This document shows, one piece after another, positions 11,855 through 25,444 of a stretch of 64,000 nt of DNA. The notes under the pieces were generated by a model. It was given only the letters and a program-made list of their open reading frames with translations, was not told the DNA's origin and did no database searches. Source of the DNA: Amphiscolops sp. MND2022 (lineage: Eukaryota); assembly GCA_964187785.1 (NCBI GenBank), contig OZ076409.1:6078001-6142000 (forward strand), in the 5' to 3' direction. Each line of letters begins with the position of its first letter. The stretch's first letter is position 1. Both the position numbers and the translations under genes were made by a program.

Positions 11855-13394
11855 CGCTTCGAAGTGCTTCCCTTAATGGTTTTAAAAAAGCCGACCCTCT
11901 GGTGATTGACGCCAAGTACGACCTGGCTCTGGTTGGAGATGTTAACGCAGACTTTTCCTTCATTTTTTAAAGTTTGATGTATTGACAGGTTTACTGGCAG
12001 GTTTTCTGTCCGTTTTTCAGGTGACTTCCCCAAATACCGATGGTATATTAGTAAACGGTATTTGTTGACAGGTATCGTCTAAAATTGCAAGGTTCCCATC
12101 AGCGGGTCTTCTTTTTAGAAACGTAGTGGACAGTAGCACGTCACTACTGGTGTTTAACAGGTTTTTCTAGCTGTTTTCAGTGATTTGCGCTTATGTACGA
12201 GAGGTGAAATTGATGGTTGAACCATATTCCATCCGACTGATAGATGAGCTGAAACGAGTTTTCCCGACTCTCCTTCCCCATTTCTCGTGGAGAAGTCCTA
12301 GAGGGATGGTTTTTGGTGGAAAAGTAGAACAAGTGCTGACGTTGCCGACGATTTAAACCGTTTCTCTCTAGCTGGTCTAGGTGTTGAGAAGAAAGACGAC
12401 GAAGGTACCACCCCTCTTTCCAGAAGTATCAGTTTTTCGGAGTATGGTATAAAAAAATTTTTCGATTGTGCACTTTTGATGGGGAGTCGTTTTTTCATGC
12501 TAATTTTTCCCTGTTTCAACTTAGTGTGTGCTTTTGCAGCCGTTTTCAGTGAGAAAAGTCCGATTTTGGGTGCAAAAGTAGCGAAAACGTCATTTTTGGC
12601 ATTTTTGAGTGTTTTTCTTGGTACGAGCGCGAGCGCTCTAGGTGTTAGTCACAACAGTTGCAAAAGTGTATGGAAAATAGCCCAAAACATCTAGGGTGCT
12701 GCTACATAAGTTCTTGTCCACCAAAAAAGGCGTTGGAGTCCTTTTTTGGACTCATTTTGTATGAAAAATCCCGATTTTTGGCAAAATTGACAAAAAACCA
12801 CTATGAAATGCTACCGGAAGAATGCTGGATTGCACTGCAATCGCCTCTTCCGTGCTACTAAAAACTTGGGGCACCTTTCACGGCACAGAAATTAACGTTT
12901 GAGTAGTTTGTTTACGTTTTCGTAACAGGAAAACTTTGAAAAACCTTGATTTTTAGTCAGTTTCAGGAGTGTCTGAGTACACAATTAAAACCCCCTGGGC
13001 ACTCTGTCTTTTTGTTAGCTAGGAGCTTCCGAGCTCTCATTTTCTGTTTATATGGTAAAACTAACGTGTGAGGGTAGAAACCGCGTCAAAATTCCTTTTC
13101 AGTGCTGAGAAATGTGGAAAAACGCACTGACTTTGACCAAATTTCCACAAATCCGGACTGTCCAAATGTTAGGGTCGGGTCATAGATTCTCAAACCCTAG
13201 CTAAAAACTGGTTGCATTTTTGTAACCACCACAAAAAATAATACTAGTGCCGAAATTTTGGTGAGCCTATCGCTAACCAAAGTTGAGAAAAGTTCTCTGC
13301 CGTTTTGACATCAGAACGAGCTAAAGTAGCCGAAAAATTCAAAAACTGTAGGACCGACAGTGCCTCATACCTAACAGGTACGGCTGATTGAGGC

Positions 13395-16300
13395 CTTTTG
13401 GCAGTGCTGTGAGTAGTGGGGCAACACGTTGACCCTATTTTGCCTGCCGTAACATTTGTAGTGTCGACCCTCTTAGCGAATTTGTGAAAAAAGTGTAAAA
13501 AAAAAGTGTAAAAAAGTGTTTTTTGCTGAAACAGTGTCTGTACTCAGTCGAAACCCTAGGAAAGCTCGCGAGCTTTCATCGAACCATTGAACCAGGATTT
13601 TGAGTGCCCACTGGCAGCGTCTGCTAAGTTTCAAGCCGATTGGTGCAATATTCGTTAAGAAATTGGCAAAAACGTACTGCACAAAAAGAGGTGCAAAAAG
13701 GCAATTTTTTTGAATTTTTTTTGAAAAGCCTGAACACCTTAATCGAAAAGTGGAGACAGATTGTAGCCCACCGTCGTATTTTGTGCTACTTGGTGCATTG
13801 TTAGAGAGAATACCGAACCGCTAACTCATACCAGTGCTTAGAAATTGTATAATGAGCGTGCATTTTGACTCCTACTAAGACATAGGTGTACCGCACTTCT
13901 GTACAAAGGCGAAACAGTGTACAAGCCTCGGAACCCAAATACGTGCTCAATTCCGTGTACCTACGTGTGTGTAGGATCTTCTGGTCAATTTTGAGCCAGA
14001 TTCGACTCTTCAGTGACGAATTCGAGCTACTTGTTTTTTTTGTGCTCTCCGAAAAAGTTCAAAATTTGTTGTAAACGTCGCGTGATTGTCTTAGCGAAAG
14101 TTTAGCTGCAAACCAAACTCATCTTCTAAACTTGTCGATTGGTAACAACTGCTTGAGTGAATTTGAACTCGCTACGACCCCTAGATGTGATTTCGACCCG
14201 TTTGAGACGTGCATACCCTTATTCTGGCCTAAGTCCTCACCGAGACGAAAACTTGGAAAGTGGGACAAAATCCAGTTTTACGTGTTGGGAGCTTTTGAAA
14301 ACCCCCTGGTCTGAACTCCTATTTGTGAATTCATTGCTGTACGTGCAATTTGTGGTCAATATCGAATGTGCTGCTTTGCTGGAACATAGCATTTTGTTAC
14401 TTACAGTTGTGATGTCCTGTGTATTGTAACGAGTTGGACCATTTTTGGGAGTTGTCGCCGCACCTCATTGGAACGTTGTGACTACATTGCTCTGGACTAT
14501 TGTTGTCAGTGTTGTTTGGTGCACTGTTGCTGAAAAAGTGAGCTTGCGAGCTCATCACTGTGGACAAGAGTCTCTGGTTGCACGTGAAAAATCGTATCCC
14601 CATAAGATACGGTGATACGGAAAGCCTGTACAGCATCTGCAACTCATTCAATGATCTGAGCCCCAATTCGTGCTTGTCACAGTGTAGCTGGCTATAAATG
14701 GGGCCGCGTGGTTAATTTTGAGCCCGATCTTACGTTTCCAGTCTTGGTACGAGCCACTTGAGTAATTTTCTAAACTTTTTAAAAGTTTCAAAAATCCTTT
14801 AAAAACTCTCTAGCTTGTAGCTGGAGGTAATTATCAGCCTCGGGAAGTCATTTTTCAATTTTGTGTAACTGAACAATCGTGCTGTTCAATTTTCTACCCA
14901 GTACGCCTGATAAAACTGGTTTTGACCCTGCCCAGACACGCATTTTGGCCAAAATTCCGAAAAACCGTCAAAAAAAATGAAAACATAAATTCTCGGTACT
15001 CCCACTATACGGAAGGCAGAGACCTAACGCTTTCAATTTCCAAACGAAGAGACCCAGAAGGCGTTCCTGGGTGCAAACAATGCAAATCCCACGGTTCAAA
15101 AAAATTGCCGGCAGGGGTCATAAATTTTGGACTCCTCTGAGTCTTTGAAATTTGATCCTAAAAAGCCCAATTCAGCTGTTTCGAGTGCCTGCTACGCACT
15201 CTGGACTACATTTTTCCCAAAAAAAATCTCTAGGCGTTACGCTGTGAGCCTGAGCAGCGTTTTCGATATCCAAAAGAGACCCTGAGGGTTCCGACTTAGC
15301 CAAAATCACGAGATTTTGAGAGGAGCAACCTCCTAGTGACAATATTTTCACCGGATTGCCCGAGTGTGAAACCTTTGTGAACACTCTGGTGCCTCTATTT
15401 GGTGTTATTCAGTAGTATAAAGCAGCACAAGCACCAAATATTACGTCAAATTTGCATAGAACGCTTTTGGGTAATCACAACATACCCAAATCCATTGAGG
15501 TTGAGAGGTCAATAAACCGCTTGACTGTCTGTTTGGTGCGCACTATCCAACTTGACTGCAGCTATTTGCTCGAGAACAACATTTTAGCCCTCTGAGCAGC
15601 TTGTAAAGCGTTGAACAGTTTTCAGCACGCGGTGATTGCTAGCACTTCTCTTGACTTTGACCCTGACACTAAATTTGGATACACTGGTGGTTCTAGTCAA
15701 GCAGTTGGAAGCCTGTAAAGCTGAAATGAAACGTTGGAAAGTCTTTCACCGCCTCCGTTCCTTTTTAATGGGAAAGAGGGTGTCAGTGCAGCACAGCCAA
15801 TGGATGTTCATGATGTTCAACCTCAAAATGAATCCCAAATGGTAGATGAACATGACCGATCGACGAAGTTAGACGATTTGAACTTGGAAGATTGGCCTTT
15901 GGAGGATAGTTTCAAAATTGTCTCCGATTTTCTAAACTCAATGCCATCTAACACTCAGGATACCGAGCCGGAGAGGAGCATCAGGACTCCCAGTCCTAGT
16001 TCAGTATCGTCGTCGGACAGATCTTCTCGCCAAAAAACCACTATTCAGATTTATCAGAAACAGGATCAACAATTAGAGGACCAGGAGCAGCAGATGGATG
16101 AGATATCAGTCTTGTTGGCACAAAGCGGACTTCGCAGGGAGAAATTGTTAGCACGAGTGCTAGCACAAATGCAGTCGATAAATGCAGATGTGCAAATACA
16201 CCTCAGAAGTGCCACTATCAACATTTCAAACGACGCCGAAGCAAAACCAATGACAAAGCCAACAAGAGACAAGGGTTTGGACCCAAAATCTTTGAACACT

Positions 16301-19300
16301 TCAACCATGATTATTGCTGAAACTTTGCCAAAAAATCACCCCGGTGACAATAGATTGCGCGAGCGCAACCTCTACTCAAGTGATACGAAAAACGAACGAA
16401 TATCAATCTCATCCTCCATTTCCTTATCGCAGGATTCTGTAAGCAACTCTCGCTTCCCTGGAACAAAGTCCCTAGTATTCACTTTTGGCAGTGCTGTGAG
16501 TAGTGGGGCAACACGTTGACCCTATTTTGCCTGCCGTAACATTTGTAGTGTCGACCCTCTTAGCCAATTTGTGAAAAAAGTGTAAAAAAAAAGTGTAAAA
16601 AAGTGTTTTTTGCTGAAACAGTGTCTGTACTCAGTCGAAACCCTAGGAAAGCTCGCGAGCTTTCATCGAACCATTGAACCAGGATTTTGAGTGCCCACTG
16701 GCAGCGTCTGCTAAGTTTCAAGCCGATTGGTGCAATATTCGTTAAGAAATTGGCAAAAACGTACTGCACAAAAAGAGGTGCAAAAAGGCAATTTTTTTGA
16801 ATTTTTTTTGAAAAGCCTGAACACCTTAATCGAAAAGTGGAGACAGATTGTAGCCCACCGTCGTATTTTGTGCTACTTGGTGCATTGTTAGAGAGAATAC
16901 CGAAGCGCTAACTCATACCAGTGCTTAGAAATTGTATAATGAGCGTGCATTTTGACTCCTACTAAGACATAGGTGTACCGCACTTCTGTACAAAGGCGAA
17001 ACAGTGTACAAGCCTCGGAACCCAAATACGTGCTCAATTCCGTGTACCTACGTGTGTGTAGGATCTTCTGGTCAATTTTGAGCCAGATTCGACTCTTCAG
17101 TGACGAATTCGAGCCACTTGTTTTTTTGTACTCTCCGAAAAAGTTCAAAATTTGTTGTAAACGTCGCGTGATTGTCTTAGCGAAAGTTTAGCTGCAAACC
17201 AAACTCATCTTCTAAACTTGTCGATTGGTAACAACTGCTTGAGTGAATTTGAACTCGCTACGACCCCTAGATGTGATTTCGACCCGTTTGAGACGTGCAT
17301 ACCCTTATTCTGGCCTAAGTCCTCACCGAGACGAAAACTTGGAAAGTGGGACAAAATCCAGTTTTACGTGTTGGGAACTTTTGAAAACCCCCTGGTCTGA
17401 ACTCCTATTTGTGAATTCATTGCTGTACGTGCAATTTGTGGTCAATATCGAATGTGCTGCTTTGCTGGAACATAGCATTTTGTTACTTACAGTTGTGATG
17501 TCCTGTGTATTGTAACGAGTTGGACCATTTTTGGGAGTTGTCGCCGCACCTCATTGGAACGTTGTGACTACATTGCTCTGGACTATTGTTGTCAGTGTTG
17601 TTTGGTGCACTGTTGCTGAAAAAGTGAGCTTGCGAGCTCATCACTGTGGACAAGAGTCTCTGGTTGCACGTGAAAAATCGTATCCCCATAAGATACGGTG
17701 ATACGGAAAGCCTGTACAGCATCTGCAACTCATTCAATGATCTGAGCCCCAATTCGTGCTTGTCACAGTGTAGCTGGCTATAAATGGGGCCGCGTGGTTA
17801 ATTTTGAGCCCGATCTTACGTTTCCAGTCTTGGTACGAGCCACTTGAGTAATTTTCTAAACTTTTTAAAAGTTTCAAAAATCCTTTAAAAACTCTCTAGC
17901 TTGTAGCTGGAGGTAATTATCAGCCTCGGGAAGTCATTTTTCAAATTTGTGTAACTGAACAATCGTGCTGTTCAATTTTCTACCCAGTACGCCTGATAAA
18001 ACTGGTTTTGACCCTGCCCAGACACGCATTTTGGCCAAAATTCCGAAAAACCGTCAAAAAAAAAATGAAAACATAAATTCTCGGTACTCCCACTATACGG
18101 AAGGCAGAGACCTAACGCTTTCAATTTCCAAACGAAGAGACCCAGAAGGCGTTCCTGGGTGCAAACAATGCAAATCCCACGGTTCAAAAAAATTGCCGGC
18201 AGGGGTCATAAATTTTGGACTCCTCTGAGTCTTTGAAATTTGATCCTAAAAAGCCCAATTCAGCTGTTTCGAGTGCCTGCTACGCACTCTGGACTACATT
18301 TTTCCCAAAAAAAATCTCTAGGCGTTACGCTGTGAGCCTGAGCAGCGTTTTCGATATCCAAAAGAGACCCTGAGGGTTCCGACTTAGCCAAAATCACGAG
18401 ATTTTGAGAGGAGCAACCTCCTAGTGACAATATTTTCACCGGATTGCCCGAGTGTGAAACCTTTGTGAACACTCTGGTGCCTCTATTTGGTGTTATTCAG
18501 CAGTATAAAGCAGCACAAGCACCAAATATTACGTCAAATTTGCATAGAACGCTTTTGGGTAATCACAACATACCCAAATCCATTGAGGTTGAGAGGTCAA
18601 TAAACCGCTTGACTGTCTGTTTGGTGCGCACTATCCAACTTGACTGCAGCTATTTGCTCGAGAACAACATTTTAGCCCTCTGAGCAGCTTGTAAAGCGTT
18701 GAACAGTTTTCAGCACGCGGTGATTGCTAGCACTTCTCTTGACTTTGACCCTGACACTAAATTTGGATACACTGGTGGTTCTAGTCAAGCAGTTGGAAGC
18801 CTGTAAAGCTGAAATGAAACGTTGGAAAGTCTTTCACCGCCTCCGTTCCTTTTTTAATGGGAAAGAGGGTGTCAGTGCAGCACAGCCAATGGATGTTCAT
18901 GATGTTCAACCTCAAAATGAATCCCAAATGGTAGATGAACATGACCGATCGACGAAGTTAGACGATTTGAACTTGGAAGATTGGCCTTTGGAGGATAGTT
19001 TCAAAATTGTCTCCGATTTTCTAAACTCAATGCCATCTAACACTCAGGATACCGAGCCGGAGAGGAGCATCAGGACTCCCAGTCCTAGTTCAGTATCGTC
19101 GTCGGACAGATCTTCTCGCCAAAAAACCACTATTCAGATTTATCAGAAACAGGATCAACAATTAGAGGACCAGGAGCAGCAGATGGATGAGATATCAGTT
19201 TTGTTGGCACAAAGCGGACTTCGCAGGGAGAAATTGTTAGCACGAGTGCTAGCACAAATGCAGTCGATAAATGCAGATGTGCAAATACACCTCAGAAGTG

Positions 19301-19570
19301 CCACTATCAACATTTCAAACGACGCCGAAGCAAAACCAATGACAAAGCCAACAAGAGACAAGGGTTTGGACCCAAAATCTTTGAACACTTCAACCATGAT
19401 TATTGCTGAAACTTTGCCAAAAAATCACCCCGGTGACAATAGATTGCGCGAGCGCAACCTCTACTCAAGTGATACGAAAAACGAACGAATATCAATCTCA
19501 TCCTCCATTTCCTTATCGCAGGATTCTGTAAGCAACTCTCGCTTCCCTGGAACAAAGTCCCTAGTATTCA
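13395..19570 (+). repeat. Near-identical tandem duplication, ~3.09-kb unit (13395-16481 and 16482-19570)
   Basis: The ORF track repeats at an offset of ~3087 (e.g. 13473/16560, 14157/17243, 15172/18260). The junction at 16482 has CTT microhomology. Confidence 0.93.
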
Positions 19571-20106
19571 CTTCGCAGTTCCTGCCGAGTTTGCTGAAAT
19601 AATCTTTCGAGCCAACTTCTGCCGAACGTGGTCTACATGATTATATTCAGGTGGACCAGCCATTGATTATCAAATGGTTGCATAGTGGTTCTACCAAATC
19701 TCGACCGACTGGACATAGACGTGGTCGACCACTGCGGACTTCTGGTGAACTCTCGTGGCATAAAGTTCTGCTTTCGCTTCATCGCAGACGTCGCCGTGGG
19801 CGTCCACCACGCTCAGTCCTTTTACTACCATGGTCGCGACAACCGAAGGGACCTAGTCGTGGCCGTCCTCCGAACAATTATCACAGTCTTGAGACAGACC
19901 CAGCCTCAGTTTTCTTCTTTATTGGATGTCCTGATATTTCATGCTTTTTGTATGTCCTGCTGCTATCGAATAAGGATGCCCATCCACAGCCCAAGCTACA
20001 CTCCATTTCTTTTCAAGGGGGGAGGAGGTGTCGTCAAAGCTCAACCTATTCTGCAATTTTCGTGTCGGACATTCAAGTTTGTCTATTCCTCGCTATCTTC
20101 ATATGA
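18814..20106 (+). pseudogene. Element A ORF (coiled coil + three RRGRP motifs), broken by one in-frame TAA at 19600-19602; frameshifted, truncated duplicate at ~15726-16519
   Basis: ORFs 18724-19602 and 19651-20106 share a frame and align end to end with the intact ORF of element B. Confidence 0.8.
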
Positions 20107-21226
20107 AAAAGAACGCTCAACGATTAAGGTCCGGGGAGTCTTCTAAGGTCCGGGGAATCCCATGGAGAGACAACACTCTATTGTCTACATTCCACGCTGA
20201 CCACTCACGGAATTGGCCACAATCTAAAGTAACGAAATCCAGACCGCACATTACTCTCAATCGATTCCGATGTATACAACCACAGTTTGATAATAAAACT
20301 TTGCTTTTTGTTTCTCGTAAAACTTATTTGCTATGACATTTTCAAGGCTATCAGTGAGGCCTGACAAAAAAAACAAAAAAGTCCCCGTTAGTGCAACTTT
20401 GGCCAGATGCTTTTTTTATGGTTTCTTCTTTAGTTTCGTTATCTCTATAGTTATATTCATTGAAGTTTCAATGTCAATTTTCCTTTGATTCAGTGGCTTT
20501 TCTACGGAACAACTTGTTTAATGGAGCTCATTTGCCCCAGACTTTTCAATTACAGAATCTTGTCTAATTTTGTCTCAGTGCTAAATCTCACATGCAGTCA
20601 ATTGGTAAATCGCCTTTCACTGATTTTTGTTTTGATATGGAGCTGCACATCAGTGCGTGCTGCCCAAACCTGGCCAAACTTTAAAAAAAAACATCAGAAA
20701 CGACATGTTTTCCTTTTAAACAGTGGTCTTTCCGCTGAAAAGAAGTTTTACTGAAAACAAGTTTTAACTGTTCTGCAAACTGAATTTTACCGGCGTGGAA
20801 AAGAAGTTTCTGAGCGAAACCGCGCCAGAGAGCCCCAGGGCTCCAAAAAATTTCTCAAACAACATAAACATCAGTGCTATCAAGATCCTATCCAAACATA
20901 GTGCAGAAAACTTTTGCCAAACCAATGATGCTCTCAGATTGGAATATAGAATAAAGCTTTTGATTTGTTTGCAGGTGCATTTTTGAGTGCTCGTTTTATA
21001 GCCCCAGGGCTTGATCCAGTAACAGCAGTCAGTGGATGATGCAGGCTCGATAGATTGCAAGAAGCAAGACCTCAAGGTTGCCCAATCAGCGAAAGATGAC
21101 AGTGCCACTGGACCCTTGCAACATCACCAGTTTGAGATCCCAGTGGATTGCAAAGATTATGTGGAGATGTTTTCATTGCCAGCTTCTCCGCATGACAGGG
21201 ACGTCATGCATAAGGTCCGGGGAGTA

Positions 21227-21988
21227 TGTAACGGCACCCTCTCAGACAGCAAAATCAGTCGATTTTGGAATTTTGGAATTGTGACATGTCAAAAATTCTA
21301 ATTGGATGTTTGACGTGGCACTGAGCATGTGATTGCTCTTTTCGCTGTTTCAACGAAATTGGCAGGTACTTCGACAACAAGAACGAAGGTCGAGAAAACA
21401 CCTAAGGCCAGCCGCCCGAACAGACGCCAGAGACTGCAAAAAACCTCTGAAATTAGACTCTCTTGAAGGTGCTAACCTTGATTTCAGCAGTATGCTACTT
21501 TAAGTAGCGAAAACCGTAAAAATGAGTCCTTTCGTCTAATTCACAAATCTGTGTCGGTGGTGCCCCAGCTTGCGAGCTGAATGTGGATATTGCCAAATCG
21601 CCGTTGTGGACGAGATTGCTGTACATTGTTCTAAGTTTATGGCTAATTTGAAAATTTTAGATCTTATTTCGTAATTTTAGATATTATTCTCCAAGTCACA
21701 CCTGAATAACGAAAATTTAACATAATTTCCTTTCGGAACGTTTTTAAAGGCTGTCTAAGTGATGGTTTCGAAGAAAAAGCGTAATTCGCGCTACTGACAG
21801 CAATTAAAGACTGGATCAGGCCGGCGAGCACTTCACAAGAAGCGGAATCCTCCTCTGACGGACAGTTTTTACCCGAAAGAGGCAAAATGAGCTCATGGTC
21901 ATGGGCGCCTTTCCCGGGCAAATACCCATATCATGTGTTCCTCTAGCTCTTATGGTTACGGTGACAATGGTGAGAGCTTGTCGTTACA
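21227..21988 (+). repeat. 3' LTR of element A (762 bp)
   Basis: TGTAACGGCACCC...GCTTGTCGTTACA; direct repeat of 10536-11820. Confidence 0.9.
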
Positions 21989-21991
21989 CAG

Positions 21992-22417
21992 ACTCAACAT
22001 CAGCACGTTGCCTGAACAGGTGGAGAGAACTGAGTTATCATTGCACAGGCAAATGGGGTCTATCGAGACACACCCTCACAGTTATGTACTAAACATTGAT
22101 TCTACCGGCCTTACTAAACTGCACACCTGTATGGGCGAGTCAAAACATCACTAAATAAACTAAATTTTAACATACGATTACCCGCAGCATAATGGAAACC
22201 AGATACAATGCAAACTCGGCAGCAGCTGAAGTTCTTTTGGGTATTCCACCCATAGACATACTGTGTCAAAGCATATCATCGGAATTTTTAACAAAAGTTC
22301 TACAAAGTAATGATCATGTGACAAATCAAATAATAGAAAATGAATCAGACTTAGCGTTTCTTATGGGCCATAGAAATACGTTGAGACAATTTTACGGCAG
22401 AAAGACATTAAACCTAC
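21992..22417 (+). pseudogene. LINE fragment (post-RT region), with stop codons, ending at the assembly gap
   Basis: DSTSARCLNRWRELSYHCTGKWGLSRHTLTVMY*TLILPALLNCTPVW...AEVLLGIPPIDI, in frame with fragment 2. The WG..LY..I.P...VW and E...GIPP patterns are typical of LINE ORF2 downstream of RT. Confidence 0.8.
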
Positions 22418-22617
22418 NNNNNNNNNNNNNNNNNNNNNNNNNNNNNNNNNNNNNNNNNNNNNNNNNNNNNNNNNNNNNNNNNNNNNNNNNNNNNNNNNNN
22501 NNNNNNNNNNNNNNNNNNNNNNNNNNNNNNNNNNNNNNNNNNNNNNNNNNNNNNNNNNNNNNNNNNNNNNNNNNNNNNNNNNNNNNNNNNNNNNNNNNNN
22601 NNNNNNNNNNNNNNNNN
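22418..22617. other. Assembly gap (200 N; true size unknown)
   Basis: Run of N. Confidence 1.
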
Positions 22618-23214
22618 AAAGAAGTGGAAAGAGCTGGTTATGGTTTATTTGTCCAGCGAGCTTTCAAGAAAGGGGAATTTATCGTTAATTATCGAGGAAA
22701 AGTAGAAACGGCAAGCGAAGCCCAGGACAATGTCTACAGCATTGAATCAGGTCCACCTGAGAACCTCGTAGTTGACGCCTCCAATAGAACCGAACGCATC
22801 GCCAGGTTCATAAATGACGTAGATCCATTCCACGTTCAAAACTGCAGACCTGTGAAAGTGTTTGATAAGGAGAAAAGCACCTGGGCCATTGCTATTTTTG
22901 CGAAGAACATTGAGGAAGAAGAAGAGCTGAGATATAGTTATGGATCAGAGGAAGCTCCCTGGCGAGAATTGAAGTTCTGGCCAGGAGGTCATAAACGTGG
23001 TCCACAGCTCCAACAAGATGTTCAGCTGGAGTCAAAAGTCAATGTCGAAGTCAAAAATAAAAGTCAATGTCGAAGTCAAGAATAAAAGTCAATATCGAAG
23101 AAAAAATGCACGTTCCAAGAACAAAATTGCTGCTGCAAGTGCTGAAGATGAAGCTGCAAAGAAAAAGAGCAAAGGAAGCGGAAGCGAAATAGCCGACCCG
23201 GAAACTGCCAAAAT

Positions 23215-23725
23215 TGAACTTGTCAATAAAGAACCTGAAACTGAACTTGTCAATAAAGAACCTGAAACCGAACTTGTCAATAAAGAATCCGAAACCGAAC
23301 TTGTCAATAAAGAACCTGAAACCGAACTTGCCAGTAAAAGTGCTGAAACAACTGAACTTGTCAATGATAATGTCCAAACCGAAGTTGCCAATGAAAATGT
23401 GGAAAGTGAAGTTATATTAGAAAATGTGGAAAGTGAAGAAGTTAGTGAAAATGGCGAAACTGAAGATGTCGAAGAAAATGTGGAAAGTGAAGATATATTA
23501 GAAAATGTGGAAAATTAAGATGTCAGTGAAAATGGCGAAACTGAAGATGTCGAAGAAAAAGTGGGAAGTGAAGTTATATTAGAAAATGTGGAAAATGAAG
23601 ACGTCAGTGAAAATGGCGAAACTACAGATGTCGAAGAAATTGTGGAAAGTGAAGTTATATAAGAAAATGTGGAAAGTGAAGATGTCAGTGAAAATGGCGA
23701 AACTGAAGATGTCGAAGAAAATGTT
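23215..23725 (+). repeat. Coding minisatellites: 27-bp (ELVNKEPET) x~5 and ~81-bp (ENVESEVILENVESEDVSENGETEDVE) x~4
   Basis: Directly visible tandem repeats giving a Glu-rich linker. Confidence 0.85.
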
Positions 23726-25444
23726 CAACTTGAACTTGTCGGTGAAAATGTCGAAGCTGCTGCTGATGCTGAAACTGAATATGAAACAATTCAACCTACT
23801 CAAAGTGAGTCGAACCCCGCTCCCAGCAATCGGGATTTCCAGGATACCCAACGTGATTTACAACAAGGAAATCTGGATGTAAATGAAACAACCCTTTTAA
23901 CCTTTGGCAATTCTCTGTAGTTCATCGAATGCGTCCGAACACCAATGGAAGAGCACGGGCAGTCCAGTTCAGATAACAGTGGAGATTCAGAATTTCAATT
24001 CAGAGAATTGCCGCCGAGCAGAAACAACAAACCAAGAAGACCAGAAGTAGAAAAATGTATGCTTTGCGACAAAGAAGTTCGTAAGATGAGAGATCACTTA
24101 TCAAACAAACACCGACTCACAAACGATGACAAACTCCGGAAATTTATCAGCACATATCACACTACGTTCGGTACAGTACGTTGTTATCAGTGCGAAGTTT
24201 GTTCGGTCCGTTTTGCCGATCGTGCAAAACATGCAAAAGATCACGTGATAGAGCGAATACACGAGAGAAAGAACATTACTCATTCCCCAACAAACATCCT
24301 TGTTGCAGTCACCCAGTTCAGAAACCAATTGCTGCTGCCCTATAGGGAGATCGTGGATTTCTGGGTAAACCACGAGAGGGGGCTATTCGACGATGGTGAC
24401 ACCTCTGGTACCTGGAATGTTTCCTCAACACAGTTTGCATTCCTTTGTCGTGCTATTGAAGCAACTCTCTACTTTGAAGAACCATCAATTTTCAAGTTTA
24501 TGTTCGCCAGTACATGAATAAACGATAAATTACCAGAAACACGATGGTCAATTATATACTGATGTTTCAAAAAATGGTCGAATTCATTAGAGCTTATAAA
24601 CGATCGAGCATTCCCACTATAATGGACAACGACTGGCACAAGATAATAAAAGACGTTAAAAGAAAATACCAAAAAGGGTCTTTGAAGGAGAAGAAAAAGA
24701 TGAAACGTGATTTGTTTTCAAAAGTTCCGGATATGGAGGGTGTAGCTCTGGTTGTTAACAAAATTGAAGAACTAAGCAAAGAAGATTCAGAAGAAAACAA
24801 ACTGACTCTCGAAGACCTGACAGTGTTCAATTTCGTGTTTCTGAGTAGCAATATGAAAGGGCGTGTCGGACCATTAGCTGACCTAACGTGGGATGATGTG
24901 AAAAGAATAAAAAAACACGGTAAACTGACATCGGATAATCACAAAACCGGGCACTACTATGACCAAGAAATCAAAATCCATAGTGAGCAATTTCCACGGC
25001 TAAAACGACTCAGGGAAGAGTCTAGAAAGAAATATGGGTACCGACCAAGACTTGCTTTTGGAACTGCTATGGATGCCAAAGACCATTCACTCTCATCGAC
25101 AATTCGCAAAATTCTCGCAAAGTTCTTCGACGAAGAAATCCTTGAAAAAGACTACAATGATACGTCCATCAAGAAAATGTGGGACACTTACGTCCACAAT
25201 AATTCGGATTCAATACTCACTGAAGCGCGGGCCTTTCATACCATGCAGTCATCGCATCGAGAGGAGACAGCCGAAAAACACTATGTAGTTCCCAGTACCT
25301 CAGGAACTGACTTTTATCATAACACGTTGAAGAACGTTGGTACTTCGTCGTCATCAAAGTCGATAACGTCAACTCCTTCAGCACAAGGTGTCAGTCAAAC
25401 TACAACAACAACGCTATCAAAAGTAACACCAATTTGGAAGTCGT

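Larger units (their letters stand above)
10536..21988 (+). mobile_element. Non-autonomous LTR element A (LARD-like, no RT/IN), 11.45 kb including a MITE and a 3.09-kb internal tandem duplication
   Basis: Direct repeats TGTAACGGCA...GTTACA at 10536-11820 and 21227-21988. PBS-like TGGCGACCACAGAGGGAT at 11837. AAGGTCCGGGGAG before the 3' LTR. Flanked by CAG on both sides. Confidence 0.9.

Noticed and set aside
12230..12262. Possible hammerhead ribozyme core (CTGATAGATGAGCTGAAAC)
   Set aside because: Does not match CUGANGA, and no stem II or flanking stems could be drawn.
22192..23085. 297-aa ORF apparently fusing LINE ORF2 sequence to a SET domain
   Set aside because: It spans the 200-N gap; the two sides belong to different elements and the frame continuity is an artefact of gap length.
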